A DNA stretch of 64,000 nt from positions 225,376 to 289,375 of the forward strand of contig JAHLTZ010000033.1 in the NCBI GenBank assembly GCA_025786725.1, read 5' to 3'. How positions within the stretch are numbered: position 1 is the stretch's first letter; each line of letters starts with the position of its first letter. Source of the stretch: Syncephalis fuscata S228. Lineage: Eukaryota; Fungi; Zoopagomycota. Both the position numbers and the translations under genes were made by a program. Below are positions 11,664-25,342 of this stretch, piece after piece. The notes beneath the pieces were generated by a model, which saw nothing but the letters and a program-made list of their open reading frames with translations, ran no database searches and had not been told where the DNA came from.

Positions 11664-13998
11664 ATGGACTATTATCGGATTGTACTCGAACTGCATAGCG
11701 ATACACTGGCCCGATTACAGTCTAGTCACACACCAGCCGACACACCGATTCAACTGTTTGATAGTAACTGGCCCGACGATACCGATAATCTGCCAGTAGA
11801 TTCAACAGTGTTAAGTTCTAGTAAAGTAGCAGATTCGCAACTCCATACGATCGACGTGAGATACGGGCCTATATTTGTAGATTGGTTTGATTTTTCTATG
11901 CAGTCGGCGGAACAGCAAAAGGATACGGAGGGTTCAAGTACTTGTGAAATTACTGACTCGACCACAACCGTGCCGTTTATTTTAGGCTGTACACGCTTGG
12001 AACAAGGTGTTATACACTTGTATCGCGGTCTATCATCTAATAGGGAACGTGTAGAAGATGGTCAACATGAATCAAGTACAGCTGGTGGTGGCGGTAGTGG
12101 TAGTAATACACCATTAAATGGAAGTGTTGATGATACATTAGTCAGTCTATTAGCCGTACCAACTCATATGACACCGGCAGATTTATTGGCATTTCTTGGC
12201 AGTGCTATTGAGGATATAGCACATATACGTTTACTTAGGTAGGTGGATATAGGCACAATAGATAGATACTAATGTTGCTATTATCGATTAGAGATGTATT
12301 TCCTCACCGCTATATTGCTTTATTAAAGTTTAAACAGGCATCTATGGCGACTGAATTTATTGCAGAATATCATGGTCGTCCATTTAGTGCGTTGGAAGTA
12401 AGTGGCATTATTAATAGCTTTTACTGAATTGTTAATACTAAATTCAAACTTAATCATATAGCCCGAGATATGTCAAGCAATAAGAGTAGCATCGGTACAA
12501 CTGGTTGCTGCAGTTGATCCAAGTCAGATAGATAGACCTTCATGTATATCACTTCAGCTTGATATGAATGTTACAGGAAGTGACAGCCATGACGAGGTAA
12601 GTATTTGTAATATCTATTATTCTAGCTGTAAACATTACTATTTAGATAACGCTACGAGAGTTGCCTACTTGTCCAGTATGTTTGGAAAGAATGGACTCGC
12701 GTATTACTGGTCTGGTTACAATTGTTTGTCAGCATACATTCCACTGTCAATGTTTGAGTCAATGGGGAGATTCTCGGTAATGAAATGCTTACTATAATAC
12801 ATGTATTCTAAACCATAAGCTATATCATTAGATGTCCAGTGTGTCGATATAGTCATTTAACATTTAAAGGCCAGTCAGAAGGAGAAGATAGTGGATCAGC
12901 AAACGACACACATTCTACGACGAGTCAATGTGCAGCTTGTGGTAATCGATCCAACCTTTGGATATGTCTAGTTTGTGGACACATTGGATGTGGTCGGTAT
13001 GTTACTAGTATAAGATGTGACATAGAACACTGCTAACTATGGTTATTAGATATGCACAAGGACATGCTAGAGAACATTATGAACAGACGATACATTGTTA
13101 TGCGCTTGAGCTAGAGACACAAAGAGTATGGGATTATGCCGGTGATGGGCAAGTATAACAAGTTGTATTGAAGCTTAAAGGCTAATCAAATACATTTTAT
13201 CCTAACTATTAGGTATGTACATCGTTTAATTCAGAATAAGCTGGATGGAAAGTTGGTAGAATTGCCCGATGATACAGGCGATACTATATTTGATAGTAGA
13301 AATCCCATGAATAATCGTTGGACATCTACATCTACCTTGCCTCAAGTAAGTAGATTGATTAGCTATTTAGCTACAATATATGCTATGCCATTATACTAAT
13401 TGTCTGTAATCATAGTCAAAAATGGATATTATGGCATCCGAATATACTCATCTACTTACGGCTCAATTGGACTCGCAAAGACAGCATTATGAGGTGGAAT
13501 TGAATGCAGCCTACGAGAAGATTGTTCATTTACAAGGAGAATTGGAAAAGATAAGCCCCAAGGCAGCAATGACCGATTCTATGTATAAAGATATCCAACG
13601 ACTCGAGTCGGAACTGACAACGACGCAAAAAGAAAAGCTGGCTACCGATAGAAAGTCTGAAAAGCTTGAAAAGCGTTTAAATACACTGGAACGGCTATGG
13701 GAAGAAGAGCGACAAGTAAGTTTAACGAAATAGCGTTAGCTTTATTTATTTATTTTGCTAGATGAACGATGGCATACGAGCGAATCAAGAGGCAGCGCAA
13801 AAAGCTACAGAAGAACGTGATAAGGAAATAACTGATTTACGTGATCAAGTACGCGATTTAATGTTTTTTATGACGGCTCGTGATAAAATCGAACAGGGCG
13901 AGCTGGGCGAGGAGTTAAAAGAAGGATCTGTACAAGCAATAGCACCATCAACAGCATCAAGCCAGCGCAGTAGTAAAGGAAGGCGTCGTCGTAAATAA
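11664..13998 (+). CDS. ETP1: BRAP2/ETP1-family RING and ZnF-UBP E3 ubiquitin ligase, multi-exon
   Basis: BRAP2 domain ([15 protein letters not shown]), RING ([29 protein letters not shown]), ZnF-UBP ([31 protein letters not shown]) and coiled coil ending [11 protein letters not shown]. Confidence 0.93.
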
Positions 13999-14999
13999 AT
14001 AACTATTTGATTACTTGTGTTTATTATTTAATTAATTGTTTTACAATAATTAAATTGACATTAATGATTTGATGCAGTTTAGTTGGATATCAATAGACAG
14101 CTTTCTTACACACAGCAAAACAAATGTATAAACACAGATAACGCAGTGAATGGTTTTATTTTATATATTAGAGTGTTTGAAAAAGCAGTAAGTGAGCAAA
14201 ATAAAATAATTTAAGGCTAAGAAAATAAAGATCTATCGTATGATAATGTCATTTATATAAAACAATAATTTGATATTAGTTACTAGTGCCATTTCCAAAT
14301 AGTCTAATGATAGAAACACACGCCATAGACATTTGGCAATGTATATAGTTCAATAATAAATGTATTAAAAGCAAAATCATTTAGAATCCAAAACTAATCA
14401 TTATCCTATAAATGTTATCAGTAAAATATAACAGTAATATTTTTATTTACTGATATGATAGCTTTGGTCATAAATTGCATAAAATACTACTATATTTACT
14501 AATATTTTAAAAGGCTGTTCGGTTATGTCTTCATGTGTTACGCTATGCTGGTTTTTATACTGACTGCAAAGGTCAACATATTATGTGTTTATTCCTGTTT
14601 CCGTTCTATTGACTTAATGGATTCTGTAATATAGTATAACAAGGTGCATCTTAGTTCTATTTAGTAACATTGAAACTCAATCGGTGAGTTATGTAATATA
14701 CCATATTTTTAAAAGAAAATAGTCATTTTTATTTAATTAATACAGTAATAAATTTGCGTGATTTTATTAACTTAATTGTGTGCAAAATGACAAAACATTT
14801 GAAAAAGCTGGCGCATTTGATAGTATCGGAATAAACCGCTAGAATGGTAGCACAATTAATTAAGAACAATTGTATTTGACACTTTTTTAAATACATTGGC
14901 CAATTGAATCGACTTTACACGGAAATATGACCGGCAAATAAAAAACGAAAACAAGCAGATTTGGAAATAAGGAAGGGATTATAATCCGATAAGCTGATG

Positions 15000-16500
15000 A
15001 GATGGCAGCCGTGAGCTAAGATGTTTCAGTCAGGTGCAATACGCCAATGAACAGTCGCCATGTACTCTTTACCAATATTACCCATTCTAATTGGTAAGTA
15101 TATTTTGGAGCAAGTTACAAGGTTGTGCTGATATTATCTTGTTCATTACTTTGCTTTCTCCTGTTTCTAGTTGTTAATGTGCTGTAAACATGTGGTAGCA
15201 GTATAAGCATCTGGTCTGGTAGTCATATCCAGTGGTGTGGGATCCCTTTCCTGGTTGATCATGAATACTGTGTTTTTACTTGTGGACAGTATTGTGTGTA
15301 TAGCGCAGTATTGCAGACTGTTGTGCTATACTGGGATCAGTATTATATGGCCGCCTGTAATAGGCGGTTGTATACTGGTGTAGTGCGGAGACATGTGGAA
15401 GTTCGGGGTGTGCAGTATCAATGTTTAGCAAGTTAAATAGTGTTGCTGCATACTCACCTCACGTGGATGCGGCGACCTGTGATGGGTAGCCATATGCTAG
15501 TGTCCATCTGTATTGAACGCGCGCTGGAGGTGTGTTAATCGTTTTCAACTTGCTAAATGCTATTATTACACACCAGATAGGTGCGAGTCATTAGCGGTAG
15601 ATGTCTAAATATTACATACTGTTTACTTTGGGTATTAACTGAATTGCAGTTAACGCTAGTCTCATCATCTAAAACTCCTGGTTTACTAGTGAATACAACA
15701 TATTGATGGAGCTTGCTAGGGATTCTTTTGTGGGACAGCTAGATGATATTTCTACAATTTTTTACAGCGTAGTGAGAACTAGTTGTTACTGTACTCTTTA
15801 ATAATGCATCAGTATATGACAATTCGTTGTTTAATTGTAATATGCTGTGATATTTATGTGTTTAATTTCGCACACTAACTACAACTGGGTAAACCAGTAG
15901 CCTAGTAGTGCTTATGGATGCGCTTGAATTATCACAGTATTTTATATCGCTTATTAAGCAGCATTGTCATCTTGACGGTGGTAGTGTAGAGTTATGTGCT
16001 TTTGACATATAATACTTATGCCCAAGTCGTAGTATTGCCAATACTCCAGGTGGACACATAGCTCTATGATCATCGTCCTGATTAACAACTTTTAATATCG
16101 CTTTTAGTCTACAATATTTAATAACATATTACAGCAAAAAATGGTTACATCACAGGCCCATCTTAAGCAACATATAAACAACGACCGGCCAAGTGTTTGT
16201 TTATTGTCACTACTAAATAATACTGACGCATTTTTGTTATAGCTATTCGACCATTGGTACCAGGACGACGAGTGCAATTTGGATACATTTGCCATCGTGT
16301 TCCACCATTTTGCATGCAATTTACAATACCAATTATTGTCTTTATTGACAGAAGTCACAGCTGCAGTATTATGTACTGCTGCTGGTAATACCTCTTGGTA
16401 TGGGTTTCCAAATGGAGTATATACCATTTGGTTTTCATCCCGCCAAGTGGTGATTGGTATTGTAATTACACATCTGCTAAATGTGCTGGTTTGATTGAAG
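15000..16500 (-). pseudogene. Possible heavily decayed gene relic (unidentified)
   Basis: GC-elevated island with broken Pro/Gln- and Cys-containing frames and intron-like GT..AG segments. No intact domain recognised. Confidence 0.25.
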
Positions 16501-17363
16501 TGGTGGTAATAAAGTGGGAGGTGGTAGGACTTATATACATATTTAAATAGAAGACTTTAATAAGTAGCATGTATAGTGTGTTTATTCCAGTAATATAGTA
16601 TTATAATAATGACTTCATTATTGTTGTTTATATATTTGCTTATTATATTTACTTGGTTAAAAAGTTATTGATACTTGAATAATTAGAATACAACCAAGTG
16701 CATCCGATACAACTATCGCATATTATATAGTTTGTTTATAGTTAATTTATTACCTATTTGGTATGACTTGATGGTCAAATGACTACATTTAATAGTATTT
16801 GCCTAATTGAACTAGATATTCAACCTATTGAACATGGAACCGGGCGATGAGTTTTATTAATAATAAAAATATTTACTACTATAGATTTATTATTTAGTAT
16901 GTATATATTCTTAGTCTACACATATCATTACCACTGTAGATTCACACTGCCATATATCATTATATAAATAGAAAAACAACAGTAAATATAGCCAACACGG
17001 TCAGTATGATGACATATGTACACATACAGTAACAGCACAATAGCAAATCGCGCTTTTATATTAATATTGCAAAATTGCTCAGTACTGGTACAGCATTATC
17101 TTCTATACCATTGCTATTATAAGTATAAAGCAATAATGCATCAAGAATAAATGTCATTTTACCCTTAGAACTACTCATTATTATAGAACATGTATTTAGT
17201 ATATTAAAAGATCAATTAAAAAATCAATTAAAAAATAAAAGCCATTTACACCCAAAAAACACTTTTATGTGTTATTATGACATTGCTATATACATGCTTC
17301 TAGGCTAGCTCCTCTTTCTATATAGGATTGTCCATATTATTAAAATAAAGCACTATTCTTATT

Positions 17364-19426
17364 CTAAATATTTATTTGTTCATTTATTTCAGTTGCATTC
17401 GCTTCTCGCATGTCATCAAACCAGGGAGAGTTCAATGCATCTTCCGCTGTAAGCCGTGTGCGCTTGTTAATGTCAAGTAGCTGTTTTATCAGCTCAATAG
17501 CTGCGCAATGTTAGCCATTGTTATTGAATAAATACTTAACTTACCTTCACTGCTTAGTTGATTTTCTTGTTCAAAATCAAGTGGTGTTTGTAATATATTT
17601 TTTATATATTTATATGCACTTTGCCCGCCATCATAAGGACAATGTCCTAATTACAATGTAAAATAGCTAGTTGGTACAATATTTTGCTTTTTGTTCACGC
17701 TTACCTAATAGCATCTCATAGAGTATCACTCCCAAACTCCACATGTCGATGGGTGTGTCATACCCATGGATACTTAGTGGAGGTGAAGTTAGCTTGTTGT
17801 AAATTGTTTGATCTTCCTCAGCTCTGGCAGCTGCCAGTATATTTTCCCGTAAATGTGCTGATAATATCACCTCGGGCGCTGAATATGGTTTTTTGCCGCA
17901 AAAAGCGTATCGCATGTGAGGTCTTATAAACTGAGCCATTTTAAAGTCTGTATACACTACTTGAGGGGATTGACAGTCCGCATTTAATAATATATTAGCG
18001 GGCTATTTGGTTGTTAGTAATTATGTTTAATATTAAATAAATAACTAGATTACCCGAATGTCTAATTATACAACAACGTAAACATAATTAATAACTACAA
18101 TATAACTAAGTAAATCGACTTACCACCGTGTGCAACCTTCTCATTATGCAAAAACTAGTACAAAGTTAACATTTTGATTATTAATTATAATGGTGCTTAC
18201 CACGATACCTTCAAATAACTGTCTAAAAATATTTTTTACTTCCATTTCTGGAAGTGGGCCACGACGACTAATATATCTGGCCAGACTACCACCAGCCATG
18301 TAATCAAGAAATAAGTAGGTTTTATTGACAGTAGATTTCTCTTCTATCATAGTTATAAAGTAATTTTGACTTCTTACTGCTTTCAAAATCCCAACCTCCT
18401 TTTTAATATATTCGTTATTACGGCCATGCTGTAAAACCTTAACAGCAACACGCTGACACTTTTCTAAATCGATTGCTAGGCGCACCGTATTTGAGCGGCC
18501 TCTGTTACAAACAATTAATCAATTTAATCAATTTAATTAATTTAAATACTTACTGGCCAATTCTTTGAGTGGTGAGTTTATACCGTCTACCAATTTGCTG
18601 TGATAGTAAAAAATGTGTTATTTTAATATCTAATTATATTTATAAACTTACTTGCATATATTCCAACGTATCCTCTTCTGGTATGACGGTGGCGAGCCTA
18701 AGTTTATGAACAGTAAATGTTGCTGCAATACGTGATTAAAAACAATAATAATAAATATTTACTGCTTACTTTTAAAATTAGGTATTTTAATAAAGCACTC
18801 TTTTTCATGTTCAATCTTTTGATTCTGAATTCTTTGACGATCATTGACTAAAATAAACGTTAATAATTTAATTTTTATTACTCATTTAAGCTAACCTACT
18901 AAAGTTGGTAATCCAATATTCTAATTTAATAGCTATTAATAAAGTTGTTAAATGACTATTTACTTACTGTGCATTCAATAGCTCGATTGCTCTATGTTAA
19001 TTAATGCTTAATAGTTGCTTACTATAGTATATCATGTACTTACTACTGACACTTGAAAGCATACTGGTGGAACACCAGGCTCATTTAACTGATAAGTGCT
19101 GTTTGGCATATGATATATTGTTATTTTGCTGATATATAAAAACTTTGTTATTACTTACCACTGTGGGCCAGCACCAACAGTAAAATCTCGATTGAAAAAT
19201 ATGATTAATTCTAAACACACATTATTTAGATACACGTTTTTAAATATTGTTTCAACATACCCTCAAGCTCCTCGCCATATACTTCAATCCAACCAACAGC
19301 ATTGATGCGTGTTATGGGATTTAAAATATCCCAACAGTTTGGAACTTTTGCATAAAAAGCAGTATTGCGTCTTAGTTCACTTGATGGCAAAAAAGCGTTA
19401 AAATCTTCTACACGTAAAAAGTTCAT
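17364..19426 (-). CDS. Atypical CAMK-group Ser/Thr kinase with N-terminal FHA-like region (Chk2/Mek1-like architecture); many small exons
   Basis: Spliced reading gives IGQGRSNTV, VAVK, EVGIL, HGDIRPANILL, DFKMA, CGKKPYSAPE, DMWSLGVILYEMLLG, RLTAEDALNSPW. N-terminal FTVGAGPQC resembles a degenerate FHA start. Confidence 0.85.
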
Positions 19427-20394
19427 TGTGTTATAATAGCAAATAAAACCTGTGAAAATGAGTAGTTTTTCAAAATAGAAGTATATGTTAAAATCAAGTA
19501 TTTGTTTAAAAACGAGAATTGAAAGCAAAATGGTAGCAGTATTTATACGAATGATATAGCTTCAATAAGGTAATACCGAAGATCAATGGTAGGAATGTGT
19601 GTGTTACGTACAAAAAGCTTATCAAATGTAAAGTATTTTGAAATATAAAGCAATAACACAAGTTCAAGCAGTATTAATAAAATGGGAGCTACTGTACTTT
19701 GACTCCCACATTTTTATTTATTTATTTTATCACTATAACATGTATAATATTGCATCCAACATTAATTAATTCATGTGTAATTATCAGTACAATAATGTAT
19801 TAGCTGGTTATTTTTATTATTGCTTTGATATATATATTGGCATTATGATATTAATTGTTCAAAATACCATTTATTTAGTTAGATTGGCTATAGGGAAAGT
19901 GGCTGTTTAATAAATGACATTTATAATAATTATATTAATCTTGTTCTTACATCACAAATATGTCCAAAATATAATAGTAAAATATTAAAAAAAATAGAAG
20001 AGACCATTCAAATGCAATAATACATTGTACATAGACACAATAACAACAACTGCAGAACGACATGGAATTGCAATTATATAACTTCTATTAATATTCAAGC
20101 AATCTTTCTACACATGGCCAAAAACAGCAATGATCGGCTTAAATATTTCAAAAAATCAAATAGTATGTTATGTCATTTATTTAAACTAATTTATTGACAC
20201 AGTCTTTATAAAATATAAGCGTTTATATTTATATTATTTGTTCTACCAATATAACTCAGTGAACAAACTAAGTGCAATAAGGCAATTTTTATTAATATAA
20301 AAGTTGGAACCATATTGACAACGGCTATAGACATAATATAACTAATATACAATAAAATGCTGAACATTATAATGAATATTCAATATTGAACGAC

Positions 20395-20885
20395 AATTAG
20401 CTATGTCAAAGTTAATGAGCATATATGCATGATCAATGAGCGGAATTAGTTGACATTTATTAATAAGAGTACTAGAACAGAAATAAAAGTAGTTTGGATA
20501 CAAAAAGACTATGCAAGTATAGAATGGTATATAAAATGATAAATGAACGGTGAAAAAGTATATAAAACGATCTCAAAGCTATAGTGCATATAATGCAATA
20601 AGGGAATGAGTAAAGTGTAATGGAACATATAAACAATGGAATATGTCTAGTATATCATAAAATGATATATAGTAGTGTGGGACAGAATAAGAACAATATA
20701 GATTGATAGAAAATATATGTATACTAGTATATATATATATTGGATAATAAATCTACGATGATGCGTATTTTGGACCCTGATGTGAATTACTCCTAGTTTC
20801 ATGTTCAGTAGAAAGAAGGTTTAATTTAAAAGATGAATATTATCAAATGTAATCATTTGACCACCAAACAAACAATAAATGACTA
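20395..20885 (+). repeat. Dispersed ~450-490 bp non-coding repeat, copy 1 (copy 2 at 32395-32845); probable TE relic
   Basis: Shared blocks in the same order: GCGGAATTAGT, AGTATAGAATG.TATATAAAATGATAAATG.ACGGT, GAATATGTCTAGTATA, ATGATATATAGTAGTGTGGGACAGAAT. Confidence 0.85.
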
Positions 20886-21431
20886 GTAAATTGTTTAATG
20901 TACAAAAAGATTATTTTTATTTAATTAATAAATGAGATGATACATACAATAGGATAATAAAAGTCATAAATCAAATGGCATTGTACATAAAAAGCCTATA
21001 AACAAATTAAAGTATCGATAGAGTTATTCAAGTGGTGGGATATAAAAAAGAATAAACATCAATTGCATAAATAAAGTATAATTATAGAACATGTCAGCAG
21101 TAAAACAATGAATGTAGTAGGAATAATAGACAACAAACAACAAACAATAAAGACAAATATATTCATAGAACAATGTCATCAGCAAAATAAGAAAAATGAA
21201 TATTAATGCATAAACAAATGTCATTATTATAGAACATGATATTATAATTGACAGCTAAACTTTTAAGTATTAGATTCAATATATAAGCTACAGTGTTTAT
21301 TGAATGCTAAATAAAATACTTGTAAACATACCTATTCTAAACTACATCTTTGTATATATGATTAAATAGTGATCCATCAAGAAAGGAAGAAAAAGAGTTA
21401 ACAAGAAAAATAGTATAAATGATTATACCCA

Positions 21432-21605
21432 CCACACCACCTTAGGCTGCCAAAACCGCCAGGTGGTGTGGAATCGGGATGTCATGGCCAGTAAGAATCT
21501 TTTTCATATCAGCAAATCAATATAAAGTGGGAATGACAGACTAGCTGAGTTGCCAGACCATCTCAGCCCAATACAATTACCACCGAAAACGTGGGTTCGC
21601 CTAGT
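21432..21605. other. GC-rich multi-hairpin island (candidate ncRNA or element terminus)
   Basis: 11-bp perfect stem CCACACCACCT(21432-42)/AGGTGGTGTGG(21461-71); a GCTGAG/CTCAGC stem; a short CCAC/GTGG hairpin followed by CTAGT. Confidence 0.3.
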
Positions 21606-22146
21606 GAGACTTTTTAAATATCGAAAGTAAGTTTATTTAAATGTTTAAAACTATTACTGATACAATGTTCTGCTATAATCAATTCTATTTTATGCAAATA
21701 ATAGTGTTATTATATTACGTTAATATTTATTATGAATGATCATTTAGACGCAAATTAATCCAATCAACTCGTCAACTATTTAAATTGTTACAATCGATTG
21801 CGTAAAAAGATTTACTACCCTGAGGGGATTAAAGTAGATAGTCAACAAGTAAAGACCTTGCCAAGCATGATAATTCTACTAGCATAAAGCACAGCATTTT
21901 ATTCGGCGCTTGGCAACACAAAGGCGAAAATAGCTCGAGTGAGTGTAAATATGTATCACTCACACATGCAAACTTGTTTAGTATGAAATTCGATTGGTTC
22001 ATGCCTACAGTTATCCATCCAAGAAAAGCAATGACGTGGCATAAAAAGGCATGCGAGTTTTTACATGCCCACACTTAACCATTATTATTTTTCCCAATTT
22101 TTTGTTTCTAGCCTGAATTTTATTCAATCTATTGTCGATATTCACT

Positions 22147-23367
22147 ATGGATTTTTTAAAGAAAGGTATGGATGTTTTGTTAATATTAATATTGGCTATA
22201 CTAATCTACATTGTAATATAGCCGCCCAAGTTGTAGGAGATGAATTGAATAAGCAGCAGCAAAATTCTGGCGGCAATCGCCGCGATGATGACTACGATAG
22301 CCGCCATGGCAATAATAGTAATCAAGGTCATAGCAGTGGTCAACAGTCTGGCCGTAAAAATGACGACTATGATGACAATCGTAACTCATCATCTGGTCGC
22401 AGAAATGATTATGATGATAATCGTAACTCATCGTCTAGTCGCAGAAATGATTATGATGATAATCGTAACTCATCGTCTAGCCGTAGAAACGATGATTCTG
22501 ATGATAATCGTAACTCATCATCTGGTCGCAGAAATGATTATGATGATAATCGTAACTCATCGTCTAGCCGTAGAAACGATGATTATGATGATAATCGTAA
22601 CTCATCATCTGGTCGCAGAAATGATGATAATGATGATAGCCGTCATTCTTCTCGTCGCAACGATGACGATGATCGCAATAATAATAGTAGCAGCAGCTAT
22701 GGCCACCGCAATGACGAATATGATGTTGATAAAGTGGCTCGTCACGGCATGGATGCTGCCAACTCTGAAGATAGAAGTCTATTTTCAAGTGCACTTGGCA
22801 TGGCTCAACAAAAACTAAGTGGCGGTGGCGGCAAACAACAGCAACATACGGAAGAAGAAACCAATATGATGCAAAAAGCGTACAAAATGTTTTACGGCGG
22901 AGGTAGCAACAACAATAATAACGATGATGATAGGCCAGTAAGTAATTAATCTTTAATTATAATACACATTATTTAATAGTAATACAGAGCTCTAGCAGTG
23001 GCGGCGGTATGGGCAGTAATATGCTAGGTATGGCTGCTGCCATGCAAGCTATGAAGCTATTCAACCAAGGAGGCAACCAAGGAGGCAGCCAAGGTCTAGT
23101 AGGATCAGCTATGGGCGAGGCATTGAAGCTGTATGGCCGATTTGGTAAGTACTAGCACATACTATGATGGTTATATTTATAATCTAACGACACTATGAAT
23201 TAGGTAACAAGGTCGAAGGAAATCAAACCGATGCTATGTCTTCTGCAGCCATGACTGTAATGAAGCTGATGGGAGGTGGCGGTGGCGGTAACAACAACAG
23301 CAACAATAGCAGCAGTGGCGGACTAGCTAGCATGATTCCACAAAATCTTTTGTCTAAATTGTTCTAA
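22147..23367 (+). CDS. Beta-flanking-protein-like (Bfg-type) fungal protein with internal R/N/D/S repeat; 4 exons
   Basis: MDFLKK|AAQ.. start; motifs SLFSSAL, GMAAAMQAMKLF, AMGEALKL, AAMTVMKL match my recollection of basidiomycete beta-flanking proteins. Canonical introns. Confidence 0.75.
22350..22690 (+). repeat. Coding tandem repeat, 42/45-nt units (RRND[Y/D]DDNRNSSS[GS])
   Basis: Five near-identical GA[TC]AATCGTAACTCATC[AG]TCT units plus degenerate flanking units. Confidence 0.95.
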
Positions 23368-23498
23368 TGTCATTTTTATGCCAATGAATACTTGTAAATA
23401 CGGACCATTTCAAATAAAATCCGTGTTATTATGGCTTAAAAACAATGAAAATTTATTATTTCAAAATCAGCTATACGCTAATCTAGCTATTTAAACAT

Positions 23499-24974
<1,476 letters not shown>

Positions 24975-25335
24975 TTACATCCGATGCCCGAGCTGAATGA
25001 CGAATCACAAATGGTTAAGAACGAGAAAGCGAAAAACAAAAGCGGCGTTTAGTTCATGTCCAATCAACGAGATTGCTATGGGATTGCGTCAATAGGCAAC
25101 CTGTGAACGTGATAAGCACAGATGCACACACATCATACCGCTGGACAGATTCCCAAGTAAACGAAAAAAGCACGTCATTCATCAGCTGATAACAAAGCCA
25201 TATGGAATTCAAGTGACTGTTTTTGTTAGAATCAAAATAATGCATACGTATACTTTGCGTAGACCATCTGGCGATAATAGTCGCACCAATATTTAACTTT
25301 ATTTAATTTATTTACATGGATTATTGCTTCACTTT

Positions 25336-25342
25336 TCACGTG
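25336..25342. promoter_or_regulatory. TCACGTG (Cbf1-type bHLH site) upstream of MET17
   Basis: About 510 bp upstream of the ATG; this motif regulates MET genes in yeast. Could be chance. Confidence 0.25.

Noticed and set aside
14985-15040. CTGATGAG hammerhead-ribozyme-like core
   Set aside because: No correctly placed GAAA and flanking stems on the same strand.
19226-19260. Apparent premature stop in the first kinase ORF
   Set aside because: The stop lies within a canonical ~50-nt GTATGT..TAG intron; the spliced frame is open.
22285-22818. 177-aa Met/Ile-rich ORF and antisense His/Tyr-rich ORFs
   Set aside because: Alternate-frame shadows of the coding tandem repeat.
19500-23400. Mating-type locus implied by the beta-flanking-like gene
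   Set aside because: No homeodomain, HMG-box or MIP1-like gene recognisable nearby.
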